From IMG/VR virus record IMGVR_UViG_3300020048_000017, positions 32,001 to 96,000 of that record: a stretch of 64,000 bases of DNA; one strand, written 5' to 3'. The position numbers and the translations under genes were made by a program. The notes under the pieces are model-generated. The model saw nothing but the letters and a program-made list of their open reading frames with translations, was not told the origin of the DNA and did no database searches. The stretch's first letter is position 1. Every line of letters starts with the position of its first letter. The stretch is from a virus. Positions 18,418 through 27,945 of this stretch are shown here, piece after piece.

Positions 18418-19384
18418 AGAGTTTAAAAATGCCCTCGAAACACTTTACGTCTTGGTGATCTTTTTCGAGAAAATACCTCTTAACGATAAAATCCGCGACT
18501 CCGAGGAATGAAGCGATATAAGCATAATTATGAACACCCACACTCATTTTAGCAAGATATGCGTCGAGTTTTTCGAGATCAGATTTTTCGATTTCAGCAC
18601 CTTCGATCCCGTCAGAAACCGGCTGTTCGATTTTCTTAACTTCGTGTTTTACCACAAGGTATTTACAACAACGAAGCTTTTGACCATTGTAGTCTGTAGG
18701 GACCGAGACAACGTCAATAGGGTTAATCTTGATTGTTGCAAGAATCGGGCCGTAAGAAAGCGCAAAGCTATGAGACCCAACGTGGAGACCTTGTGAGCAA
18801 GTTTCGTCAGGGTTGCAATTAACTTGATTGCGGCGGATTTCAATAACGTGACCTTCCTCATTAAGAATGTGCCCCCTTTCATTTCTCACCCCTTGTAAAA
18901 GTTGAACCTCAAGGTTGCCGTGGTGGCTATATTTGTCAGCACGGATGCCCTTATAAGCGATGAAACAGCCATCCTCTGTGATCGGAAGCTCTTCGTAATC
19001 AAGAAACCTGACTAGCTGAGATATAACTTGGCTGGAGACGTTGTTATACAGGTTGTCCAGAAAGTTAATAAGCGGCTGAAGGCTCATTTCATACTTGAGC
19101 AACGAAACCAGTTTCGTTTTAGTTGGACCCTCAAGCTTCCAAATACCCCTGTAGAAAATTTCTCCATCGCGTTTTTCGAACAGTTCATGTTCAAACCCGT
19201 CAAGATCTGGCTCTGGGATAGGTTCTGGCGCTACGTCCGCTAGAAGGGTTTCAAAAAGAATCTGGTCGCCATCTGAGACTGCTTTGCAGATCTTATCAAA
19301 GTTCCTGTGGGAAGTTTCGATTTTGTGAGTCTTATCGTTATTGTCAATAACTGTTAGCCGATTGGTTGTTAGGATATGTTTCAT
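18302..19384 (-). CDS. rIIB: rIIB-like protein
   Basis: FIAYK ... CSQGLHV ... INPIDVVSVP.DY..QK.RCC.Y; directly downstream of the rIIA-like gene. Confidence 0.8.
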   Translation of the reverse strand: MKHILTTNRLTVIDNNDKTHKIETSHRNFDKICKAVSDGDQILFETLLADVAPEPIPEPDLDGFEHELFEKRDGEIFYRGIWKLEGPTKTKLVSLLKYEMSLQPLINFLDNLYNNVSSQVISQLVRFLDYEELPITEDGCFIAYKGIRADKYSHHGNLEVQLLQGVRNERGHILNEEGHVIEIRRNQVNCNPDETCSQGLHVGSHSFALSYGPILATIKINPIDVVSVPTDYNGQKLRCCKYLVVKHEVKKIEQPVSDGIEGAEIEKSDLEKLDAYLAKMSVGVHNYAYIASFLGVADFIVKRYFLEKDHQDVKCFEGIFKLYAFNFLLEIGEYGEDFNPYKEEEDYDDNFWGDETDHDN

Positions 19385-21270
19385 GATAGAATTTTGCTTT
19401 TTGCGAGTTGATATTCGTTTTCTGAGAGTTCACCCAGAGCCATTACGGCTCTGAACTGCCAAGTGTCTGTTTTTGTTTTGATTTTCTTAATAACATTAGA
19501 AGCGATTTCTAAAACCTCTTTCCTTTCTGGGACTAGGGGAAGCAGTTTAACATCTGTTTGAGTGATAGGTCGAGGGATCTCCAAGGGGTTTTTACGGCCC
19601 TTAAACTTGAAGTATTTCCTTACAAGATGGCTTTTATCGTAATCGCTCGCAAGTTCATGCTTCACAAAATCTGCCATATTATCGCGCACTTTTTGCGAAA
19701 GGTCAAGTAGTTTTTGTTCAATAATTGAGTCCGCTGAAACCCAAGTGTCTGAAATCTGGCTTACTAGATACCTCGGGACAATAGTGATATTATAACCCCT
19801 GTAAAGTTCTTCTGGGTATTTAAGATTAAGAGACTTTTTAAAAGACTCTACGTAAATAACATCTTCTTCTTCCGGATCAAAATTTTGCAAACTTCCTTTT
19901 GAATTAATTCCTTCATAATGGTAAATTTTGCGGACCCTCGGATTCCTAGCATAGGACGTTTTCGGAAACGTCACCTGCTCAGCCCATGCGTATTTATTCG
20001 CAGGAATTCCAAGGTCACTTGCCCATTTGTCGCCATCGACTTTTGAGGGAAATTCTACAAAAGTTACTCGGGCATTTTCGGCCCCGACTAAGTTTGCATG
20101 ATACAAAGAAAAGTATTGCTTTTTAATTCCCGAAAGTTTCCCAACATAAAATAGGTAAGATCTTTTGTAAAAAGAAGCAACCAAATAGTTTGTGCCCAGA
20201 TTCTCGATATTGCAATACTTTCTAGAATAAGGGTCGAATGCGCTAACAGATCCAACTTTATCAGAAAGCAACAATACTTCGGCCTCTGCTGCTGCGCCGT
20301 CAAGTTTTAGAGAATACGTGTTTCTGATCTCAAAGCGCTCATAGTGAGAGGCTGCGTTGTCATAGATCTCTTGCAAGTGCTCTGTGAGCTTGTCTTTAAA
20401 ATCCTCAATCCGTCCGTCGATAAACGCTGATGTTCTATCATCCATTTTGACGGACTCGCGAGAAGGCGGAAGAGCACAATCGTTAACGCTATCCGCGAGA
20501 ATGATGAGATCCAAATCGGGCAATCCTTTTACATAAATGCCTTTGCTGGATTTGTAAACAATATCTCCAAGGCGAACACTTACGTTCTGGTTTCCTTTCT
20601 TGCGGCAGAAAATATATTTGTCGAAAGCCTCCCACCCCTCGGGAATTTTACCTCCCACAAGATCACCATTAAACAAAAAGGAGTTTTTAGAAAACTTCGC
20701 AATCTGTTTAATTTTAGTTTCGAAAGTAAATTCATCCAAAGAATTCTTTAAGGGGATTTCTACCTCAATACCAGTTTCGGAGCTGGGTTCCGAACCGAGA
20801 ATATTAATCATTCCGTCAGGGTGAATTCCTCCGTTGTCTTCGAGAACTCCTGCGTAAGTGGTCTTTAACCCTTCGAAATGAGAAGTTACATAAAAAATAT
20901 CCGAATAAGCATGTCCAGCCTTCGCTCCAATACCAAATCCACCATGTTCTTCCCCTTTTTTAGTTGAAGAGAGGTATTGAAAAAAGATTCCAAGAACGTC
21001 ATCGTTACTGAGACCTTTTGCAAAATCTCGGAACTTCATCGACGATTCGTCGAGAGTAACCTCTACAGGCCTTGAGACCTTGTGAGTCTGGTGTTCGTCA
21101 ATGGCGTTGCAAAGATATTCCCTCACTACTGCCATCTTTGCGTCGGAATAAATCTGATCGCGAAACATGTGAGCAACCATGGAAAGGTTACTAACGTCAA
21201 TTCCCATCAAGACTTTTTGAATGCCCTGACTTGAAACTGTGTTTACTTTTACTTCTGTGGTTACTTGCAT
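19381..21270 (-). CDS. rIIA: rIIA-like protein with N-terminal GHKL ATPase (start moved to MQVTT)
   Basis: IYS..VVREYLCNA.D, RDF..GL, STK, GFGIGAK; promoter at 21276-21303. Confidence 0.8.
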   Translation of the reverse strand: MQVTTEVKVNTVSSQGIQKVLMGIDVSNLSMVAHMFRDQIYSDAKMAVVREYLCNAIDEHQTHKVSRPVEVTLDESSMKFRDFAKGLSNDDVLGIFFQYLSSTKKGEEHGGFGIGAKAGHAYSDIFYVTSHFEGLKTTYAGVLEDNGGIHPDGMINILGSEPSSETGIEVEIPLKNSLDEFTFETKIKQIAKFSKNSFLFNGDLVGGKIPEGWEAFDKYIFCRKKGNQNVSVRLGDIVYKSSKGIYVKGLPDLDLIILADSVNDCALPPSRESVKMDDRTSAFIDGRIEDFKDKLTEHLQEIYDNAASHYERFEIRNTYSLKLDGAAAEAEVLLLSDKVGSVSAFDPYSRKYCNIENLGTNYLVASFYKRSYLFYVGKLSGIKKQYFSLYHANLVGAENARVTFVEFPSKVDGDKWASDLGIPANKYAWAEQVTFPKTSYARNPRVRKIYHYEGINSKGSLQNFDPEEEDVIYVESFKKSLNLKYPEELYRGYNITIVPRYLVSQISDTWVSADSIIEQKLLDLSQKVRDNMADFVKHELASDYDKSHLVRKYFKFKGRKNPLEIPRPITQTDVKLLPLVPERKEVLEIASNVIKKIKTKTDTWQFRAVMALGELSENEYQLAKSKILS

Positions 21271-21275
21271 GACGG

Positions 21276-21303
21276 AATATAACACACTCTCAACATAAGT
21301 CAA
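21276..21303 (-). promoter_or_regulatory. Sigma70-like promoter of rIIA/rIIB, leaderless
   Basis: TTGACT-N16-TATATT-N5-ATG. Confidence 0.8.
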
Positions 21304-22088
21304 GCGTAATTTTTAACTGCTTCAATAAAAGCTTCTCTTACTGGTCTCATTAATGGATCTCCTTCCATAGTGCAATTTGATCTGGGAGCTATCAATTCTG
21401 GAAAATCAATTTCCGTAAGGTTTTTAGAAAGTTCGGGCTGGAATTCTTTCAAAATATTTAAAACCTCTCCAAAAGGTAAGTGCCCCGCGTTCGTCATATT
21501 GAAAATGCGGGGAGGTTGTTCTAGCGAGTTTATACAAGCTTTTACGAAGTCCCCTAAATGAGACAGGGAGTTTGGGGCTCCGAAGACATTGTCGTAAGTA
21601 AGGAGTTTTGTAATGTAATTTCTTGAACTTTTAAATTCATCAAAAGGGATTCTCAGTCTCCAAATATGAACTCCCTTATTTTTAATAAGCTCCTCCCCAA
21701 AGGCTTTAGTCTTGGAATAAAAGCTGCCGGTTTTAATGAAGTTTGGGTCATCCCAAATATTAAACCACTCGTCACCAGTATAAATACAGCCTGAAGAAAC
21801 GTGGCCAAATTTAATACCTAGTTCTTTACAAGCGTTGGCTAAATTAAGTGGAATCTTTACGTTACCGTCCAAACACTTGACGGAAACCTCGGGAATCTCA
21901 CATTGGTCTACATTGGGTTTTCCAGTAAACCCAGCACAATTAATAACTAGGTCGGGTTTGTGAAGCTCTAACGCAAATCTTACGTTATCGTAATTAGTGA
22001 GGTCCACAGGAAGGCAAATAGCGTCGGGGAGGGCTTCTTTAAACTTCCCTCCCACGTATCCTGTCGATCCAAATAAAATTGTTTTCAT
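21300..22088 (-). CDS. dTDP/UDP-4-keto-6-deoxyglucose 3,5-epimerase/4-reductase (NRS/ER / UER1-like; RmlD superfamily)
   Basis: GSTGYVG, AGFTGKPNVDQCE, SSGCIY, PNF..GSFYSKTKA, LRIP. Confidence 0.8.
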   Translation of the reverse strand: MKTILFGSTGYVGGKFKEALPDAICLPVDLTNYDNVRFALELHKPDLVINCAGFTGKPNVDQCEIPEVSVKCLDGNVKIPLNLANACKELGIKFGHVSSGCIYTGDEWFNIWDDPNFIKTGSFYSKTKAFGEELIKNKGVHIWRLRIPFDEFKSSRNYITKLLTYDNVFGAPNSLSHLGDFVKACINSLEQPPRIFNMTNAGHLPFGEVLNILKEFQPELSKNLTEIDFPELIAPRSNCTMEGDPLMRPVREAFIEAVKNYA

Positions 22089-22282
22089 AAATTCGCTTCA
22101 AGACTTTCTACGTTTAACCCGTTAAAAAGGTAATCCCAAAGCCAATTTGCTTTTTGAGATTCTTCGTCGATTTTTAGATAGTGACAGGTATCTTTAAATA
22201 ATTCTGTCTGTTCTGAGGATAATTTTTCGACTGCCTCTCTAATCCATCCCAATTCTTCTCTTTGTTCTTCTGTTAGTTTCAT
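22085..22282 (-). CDS. Hypothetical protein
   Basis: Coupled ORF. Confidence 0.65.
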   Translation of the reverse strand: MKLTEEQREELGWIREAVEKLSSEQTELFKDTCHYLKIDEESQKANWLWDYLFNGLNVESLEANL

Positions 22283-22665
22283 CTTGGTCTTTTCACAGTT
22301 TTCTTGCCCCAGTTTTTGTCATACTTTCCTACCGTAATATGTGGCTCGTATTTTAGATTACGATTTAAACCATTCTCTAGTCTGAATTCATGAAGACGTT
22401 CGCACTGAGTTGTTAGCCAATAGTAATGCCCATCCGTGAGGATATCCGAATAGGTAAACTCTACGATTTCGGGTTGAATATCGTAACTGGGAAGTTGTTC
22501 GTATTTGCCTGCTACTACAGTAATATGAGGATCTTCAAAAGGTCTGACGGGAGCGACTAGCCAATTCAAAACAGCGCAATAGTAATCTCGGATAGACTTA
22601 TCTACTTCGATAAATACCCAAGAACCATCGTGCCACATTCTGCCGGTGCTAGTATAGGTGGTCAT
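22279..22665 (-). CDS. 2H phosphoesterase
   Basis: Two HxT motifs (DPHITVV, EPHITVG) about 70 aa apart. Confidence 0.8.
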   Translation of the reverse strand: MTTYTSTGRMWHDGSWVFIEVDKSIRDYYCAVLNWLVAPVRPFEDPHITVVAGKYEQLPSYDIQPEIVEFTYSDILTDGHYYWLTTQCERLHEFRLENGLNRNLKYEPHITVGKYDKNWGKKTVKRPR

Positions 22666-23282
22666 CTAATCTGCCCGCTTTCTCTGCATCTACAAAAACT
22701 TTCGCTAAGTAATGGTTAAGCATAAAGCTTTCCTTCGTATCTAGAAATTCATTTATTTCGTATGGTTTAGTCACCTCGCCCTTTGGGATATCTAAAGTGG
22801 CTAGGTAATCAGAAATTTCTTTCAATTCTGAATTGCCATATCTGACCAGTTCGCAATTTTCACAAAACCTCTGTTTGTCGAACCAGTAGTTGAAAATCCA
22901 TCCTACCCCATCAAATGGTAACCATACGTCCGGCATACGGCTATTTCTTCCGGTGGATCTATAGAAACCCTGTCTAAGATCTCCCTTCTCTACCCAGATA
23001 ATATCGCGACCTCCGAACCTTTTAACTTTGGGACTTGTAAAAATATTTAACATAAATTTTTGTGATGATATCGAAAAAATGATCTGCGGCAACGTCGGCG
23101 CTTTCTGACACTCCGGACCAAATCCATTGTGCTACCTTTTTAATGAACTCGCAAATATACATCATGAGCATAAACGGAGATAGAATAAGTAAACAACATA
23201 GTCCTAGTAAAAACATAAGCCCCAAAAATAGGTAACCGATCACTAGCTTAACCCCTTTTAATTCTTTCATGCAAATTCGCAC
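22649..23282 (-). other. Two hypothetical CDS (22649-about 23053; 23022-23282 membrane protein)
   Basis: ORF track. Confidence 0.6.
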
Positions 23283-23818
23283 AAAATTTCTCTGCGGAAC
23301 CCCTCTGTAGAAAGCCCCTCCCTAAAGGTGACCATTTCCGCTCTGGTTATTAATGGCATTTTTCCATTCACGGACAGGGACTCTGTAGGAAAATTCATCA
23401 CATTAAATTCCCCAGACCCAATCATAGCCTTTAGAGAAATCTCGTTATATTCTGTTATCGAAGTAAATACATTAATTCGACTATAAGGTTCTCCAGACTT
23501 CAATGTCTTCGTATTTGGGTAAAACGGGAGAGTCAAATTATCTACCAAAATGGTTTTCTTCCCACTTTCGTCTTTTCCATAAAGCCTATTCACCAACCAA
23601 TCTCCTCCATCAATTTCGTAAAAACGGTTGAAAAGAAAAGTCTTCCCAGCTCCTCTAGGAAGGATGAAGAGATTGTAATCGTGCTTGTTATAAGCCTCCC
23701 AAATTTTCTTCTGAAAAGGTGTCAAAGTGCATTCTAGCGGCCAAGGGTATTCCTCAGCTTGAACGAACGGCGCGAATCCCAAAAGAGGGATAGATTTAAT
23801 AAGATTTCTTCTGTTCAT
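23267..23818 (-). CDS. Short P-loop protein resembling a terminase large-subunit ATPase fragment, with a Tat-like N-terminus
   Basis: LTPFQKKIW...PRGAGKT Walker A; C-terminal FRREILCEF; N-terminal MNRRNLIKS. Confidence 0.5.
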   Translation of the reverse strand: MNRRNLIKSIPLLGFAPFVQAEEYPWPLECTLTPFQKKIWEAYNKHDYNLFILPRGAGKTFLFNRFYEIDGGDWLVNRLYGKDESGKKTILVDNLTLPFYPNTKTLKSGEPYSRINVFTSITEYNEISLKAMIGSGEFNVMNFPTESLSVNGKMPLITRAEMVTFREGLSTEGFRREILCEFA

Positions 23819-24018
23819 GTAAAAGTATTTCCAATTTTCATCGCTTCTCCAAGAGTTTTATATTCTCCGTAAAACTGCTCTTCTCCTCCATATTTAGGGA
23901 TTTCGAAAAGTTCTATTTTACCACAGGGGTAACAGTAGATACTTGGTCCGCCCCCTTTCATTCTCCAATAAACCTCCACGGTTCCTTCAGGTTTAATAAG
24001 TTCGGCTTTATAATTCAT
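23815..24018 (-). CDS. Hypothetical protein
   Basis: Coupled ORF. Confidence 0.65.
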   Translation of the reverse strand: MNYKAELIKPEGTVEVYWRMKGGGPSIYCYPCGKIELFEIPKYGGEEQFYGEYKTLGEAMKIGNTFT

Positions 24019-24698
24019 AGCATAACCATTTCATTAATATTCAAACAGCGGAATTTTGAACCCTCGACATACTCAGTCTTAGTTACATGGAAATGCCCGT
24101 AGTAGTAACTCTTGATACTATTATTTTCTTTCAGTTTGTTCCAAACCTGAGTCATGTAGTCTCTTTCGAAAATAAGTTCACTCTTTAGTGGGGAATCTTT
24201 ATCTAGCGCCCATTGGATATTTGAAAAACTTTTGGGTGCGGGGCTAAGAAAATCTGGACACGTATGAGTAATCAATACGTCTACACCTTCGATTCCGTCC
24301 AATTTAGACATATCGTAATCTACGACCTCGTCTTTCCAATAGTCTTCCCCCTCTTTTCTCCAAGCTCTGTCAATTGAAATTGCCCCGCCTATGAAAAGAT
24401 ACTTCTTCCCGTTAATTGTTTGGGTAGTATAGTCCTGAATTAGCTCAAGGTTATCTCCATATACCCCTCCTTTGGCGAATGGATAAGGCGAGTCGTGATT
24501 CCCCCTAATAGCTTTAATGAAAACTCCCTTTTTCTTGGCTTCAAAGCCCAGATCATCCAAAAGCCAATCTTTAACGAACCCTACCCCGAAGTCTCCAACC
24601 TGAATCAGGGTATCCCCAGTTTTCGCGTGATCTTCCAGCCATCCGTAAAGGACGTTAAATTGACCGTGAATATCTCCAAGAATATAAGTATCTGCCAT
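24015..24698 (-). CDS. Calcineurin-like metallophosphoesterase
   Basis: GDIHG, GDFG, RGNHD, ITH, GHFH. Confidence 0.9.
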   Translation of the reverse strand: MADTYILGDIHGQFNVLYGWLEDHAKTGDTLIQVGDFGVGFVKDWLLDDLGFEAKKKGVFIKAIRGNHDSPYPFAKGGVYGDNLELIQDYTTQTINGKKYLFIGGAISIDRAWRKEGEDYWKDEVVDYDMSKLDGIEGVDVLITHTCPDFLSPAPKSFSNIQWALDKDSPLKSELIFERDYMTQVWNKLKENNSIKSYYYGHFHVTKTEYVEGSKFRCLNINEMVML

Positions 24699-24703
24699 GC
24701 GCT

Positions 24704-24731
24704 AATATAACACCTTTTTGGACTTAGTCAA
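24704..24731 (-). promoter_or_regulatory. Sigma70-like early promoter, leaderless
   Basis: TTGACT-N16-TATATT-N5-ATG. Confidence 0.8.
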
Positions 24732-25659
24732 GCTGTTTTGTAACCTTTTCCCTTAAGCCTCCCGAAATCGTCAGGTTCACACTCAAGATGCCTATCATAA
24801 GACCTTACTCCTCTTTCGAAGAATTCGACCCTTGCGGGTCTAGACTTTGGGTATTTATGGTAAGAAAACGAGTCTAACATTTCGACTGCATCTTTTCTGT
24901 CCACGCCCCTAAGAAAAAACTCTCGGGCCAAAAATATGGCTGTATGTGCATCGTATTGCATTAAAAAACTTTCTTGTATTTTAAAAGTTTGTAAAATCCG
25001 TAATAAAATACAACAGCGGGCCAAAACCAACAGGTTAACATGGAGAGGATGACCCCCATCATGAACTCCGAAAAAGCTTTCGAATAAAAATCTTTAATCC
25101 AAAAAACCGGAAAAACCAGCATATAAATTAAAACCCCAATTAAATAAATTCCTTCAATAATACTCATTTTTCTCTACGGTTTCAGCTAAATCTCTATTAA
25201 TAGACATTTTAAATCTTTGTCCGTTATTATCTGTAACCCAAACGCAATTAGATTTGGGAAAGATGTTTCTTTTTCTGAGATAATCTTTGTTTCCTCTATG
25301 ATTGGTAATGATTTTACCACGGTATTCAATTACATAGCTCATAAGCTTTTTGCAAATTTAATTGCCCTGTGTAGATTCTTTACGTCTGGTCTAAACCTAG
25401 CGATAGGACCTCCTTTTTCCTGAAAATGGGGATCTAACTCTTTAACGTTTTTATCAAATTTTCCTTCGTAAACCATTATTTTTCGGCCTTCAAAGTTCGT
25501 GCAATCTAGATACCTCACTTTTAAAATGTATGCGTTTTTAAATTGCAAATATCCCATAAGCTCCCATCTTACGGGATTCGGATTTGGTGCAGGAGCGAAA
25601 AAGGAAAGCTTTGGGCTTTCTGGGTAAACACCGCAATTTTTAAGAAGTGATAGTCCCAT
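24728..25659 (-). other. Four small CDS (24728-about 24960, 24961-25167 membrane, 25154-25342, 25339-25659)
   Basis: Coupled ORFs. Confidence 0.6.
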
Positions 25660-25966
25660 ACAAAATTAGATAGTGAATTAATTGATCCGCCCCGACTATA
25701 TTCCAGAACTGTTTTTTATCTTCTTTTTGCCAAGCTTTTGCCGACATTTTAGAACTAATGAAATCTACCCCGAAATGTGCAATGCCATTGAATAGCGCCC
25801 ATCCTATAGTAAGTTCTGAAAAAATAGCCAACAAGATCAATCCCGCCGTATATATCAAAACGTGAAGCGTTAAAGCGTCTAAACGTTTCGATTTATTTTC
25901 GGCAATAAACCTACTTTGAAAAACCCAATCAAAAAGATAATGGGTTATTAAAATTGCAAAAATCAT
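25640..25966 (-). CDS. DUF3307-like membrane protein
   Basis: HYLFDWVFQ ... LH...Y ... HFGVD ... DQLIH. Confidence 0.7.
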   Translation of the reverse strand: MIFAILITHYLFDWVFQSRFIAENKSKRLDALTLHVLIYTAGLILLAIFSELTIGWALFNGIAHFGVDFISSKMSAKAWQKEDKKQFWNIVGADQLIHYLILYGTITS

Positions 25967-26349
25967 AACCTAATTTGAAACCGGCGCTTTTGTTTTTCGA
26001 GAACGTCGCTAGGGACTCCGTGAACGTTGGTTCCTCCGTGGCGATTTTCAACGATCACCACAAAGACCCTATATCCATGAGATTCTGCGAAGTTCTTATA
26101 CCCGATAAACTCCCACTCTTGAGTGTTAGTGTTGGCGAGAACGATTTTGGGTTCCCCGTTCAAAACCGCTTGGTCGAACTTCTCCCTGCAAGCTTCGTGA
26201 GCCTGTTTAAGTTTAGTCGCGTCAAAACGATACTCGCCATCGACCATAAAATAATCGTCAGCGCAACAAATCACACCCCCGATAAATTCTGCGAAAGTTG
26301 ACTTTCCGCTTCCACTGCCTCCACGGCAAATTATTAAATCACGATTCAT
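25963..26349 (-). CDS. AAA_33 P-loop kinase (polynucleotide-kinase-like)
   Basis: RGGSGSGKST, ADDYF, NTN, HGVP. Confidence 0.85.
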   Translation of the reverse strand: MNRDLIICRGGSGSGKSTFAEFIGGVICCADDYFMVDGEYRFDATKLKQAHEACREKFDQAVLNGEPKIVLANTNTQEWEFIGYKNFAESHGYRVFVVIVENRHGGTNVHGVPSDVLEKQKRRFQIRL

Positions 26350-26350
26350 A

Positions 26351-26983
26351 TTAACTTTGATGATGGTCTAGAATTTTGTTCTCCTTGTTTTTGAATATAG
26401 CCTCAAGTTCTTCGAAAGTAAAGAAGAATTTTCCACTATGTTCCATGGCGTTTTCGACGCCAACATCTAGACACTTTCCAGAAGAATTTCTAAGATTTCG
26501 ACCCTCGTCATTACCATGTGAGTGTCCGCTTACGTGTCTAGCCCCGTGAGCCATTTTGTCCCAGACCCTTTGTGGAAAATGGGACATTTCGTAATGTTTG
26601 CCGTTAATGTTCGCAGTAAGGTTTTTCCCTACAAACTCCACATTATTAGCCCTCACTGGGTAGACTTCCATCCCCATCGATTCACGATTGTAAACCCGTT
26701 TAGCTCCCGAAATATGATTTCCCCAAAGGTAATATTGAATTTTGCAAGGCCAAGTCGAAAAATCCTCAAAGGCCTTACCTTCGGGATCTCCAAAATGCGA
26801 GTCTCCGAGGTTGAAAACGGTAGTTTCCTCATCGATAAGTTCAAACCACTGCTCTCGAATGAATCGAGAGTGATCTTCTACGCAGCTAAATCCGCGTCTT
26901 CCCCACAAAAACTCACGATTGTGAGCCATGTGGAGGTCCGAAAGAATGACTACCTTTCCGGTAGCTTTGACTGTTTTAAGCAT
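26351..26983 (-). CDS. Calcineurin-like metallophosphoesterase
   Basis: SDLH, LGD, GNH, HFP, GHSHG, DVGV. Confidence 0.85.
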   Translation of the reverse strand: MLKTVKATGKVVILSDLHMAHNREFLWGRRGFSCVEDHSRFIREQWFELIDEETTVFNLGDSHFGDPEGKAFEDFSTWPCKIQYYLWGNHISGAKRVYNRESMGMEVYPVRANNVEFVGKNLTANINGKHYEMSHFPQRVWDKMAHGARHVSGHSHGNDEGRNLRNSSGKCLDVGVENAMEHSGKFFFTFEELEAIFKNKENKILDHHQS

Positions 26984-26989
26984 TAGGGA

Positions 26990-27277
26990 TTATACCCCAG
27001 TTTTCGGCTTTGTCAACAGTTTTTTCGTAAGAAGGTAGTATTTTACAGCTAATGCTAAAAAAGCGAAATGTTTCAAAATATCCAAAAAAGAAGCGGGGTC
27101 ATGTTCAAATCTATCTAATATTTTAAAACCCATTATAACCATTAAAAGAAAGGCTAAAGACCAAGCGCTCACCTCTCCTAAAAAAGTCTTTGCCTTTATT
27201 GATTCTAGATTTGCTTGAAATAAAGCAAAATGCAATATTGCCAACATTATTAAACTATCAATTATTGAAATTATCAT
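26990..27277 (-). CDS. Three-TM membrane protein (possible lysis accessory/holin)
   Basis: Three hydrophobic segments and a basic tail; coupled to 27274-27876. Confidence 0.5.
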   Translation of the reverse strand: MIISIIDSLIMLAILHFALFQANLESIKAKTFLGEVSAWSLAFLLMVIMGFKILDRFEHDPASFLDILKHFAFLALAVKYYLLTKKLLTKPKTGV

Positions 27278-27876
27278 TTGACTGCCTTTGCTTCTTGAAG
27301 AATTGTTATCACCTTCCCACAGCTAGACCTTACGTTATCTAAATATGTGCTATCTATTAATCTATGGTCTTTAAATGAAATAATTAAATAATAAATAGAA
27401 TCCTGATTTGCCCCTAAATACCTCATGTCAGCTTGAACAATTCCCCTTGACGCATGGACGTCTTTTAATATAGACTCTTGGAGTTCTTCAGTTATTAGGG
27501 TTATTTTTTTTGAATCAACAATTTGTTCCAAAAGTTTTAAATAATCCATATCTAAGGGTTGAGATTGCCAGTCATTAAATATCTGGTTTATATCATCTCC
27601 CAAAACTTCCGCAACTATAGATGATTTGTTCGGAATTGGTCCTCCTGAGTCATGAGCCCTCAAAAGAGAAATGTGATCGGCTAAAACCTCTTTTTTTAAG
27701 TCGTAAAGTTCACTGTATATACTTGCCGCAGACCTAAGGTTGTGAACCGCAACGGGTTGTTTAGCTTTGGTCTCGTAAATCTTTGTGAATAAGCCAAAAG
27801 ATGCGGGAATAATTCCGCCCGCTATTATAGCCAAAATAATGGCCACAAAATGGCTTTGTTTAGGAGTTCTCGACAT
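27274..27876 (-). CDS. Single-TM protein with a soluble domain (holin-like architecture)
   Basis: N-terminal TM helix plus about 160-aa soluble domain; preceded by the GTGTA-N9-ATG motif also found before the endolysin. Confidence 0.45.
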   Translation of the reverse strand: MSRTPKQSHFVAIILAIIAGGIIPASFGLFTKIYETKAKQPVAVHNLRSAASIYSELYDLKKEVLADHISLLRAHDSGGPIPNKSSIVAEVLGDDINQIFNDWQSQPLDMDYLKLLEQIVDSKKITLITEELQESILKDVHASRGIVQADMRYLGANQDSIYYLIISFKDHRLIDSTYLDNVRSSCGKVITILQEAKAVK

Positions 27877-27890
27877 GTATATAAATACAC
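27877..27890 (-). promoter_or_regulatory. Putative late-promoter motif
   Basis: GTGTA-TTTATATAC-ATG (N9). Confidence 0.6.
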
Positions 27891-27945
27891 TTAAAAACCT
27901 CTCTAATAAGTAGAGATAATTAATTCTTTAGATTTTTTAGATTTT

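Noticed and set aside
23267-23818. The genome's packaging terminase large subunit
   Set aside because: Too short (183 aa), lacks a nuclease domain and is not near structural genes
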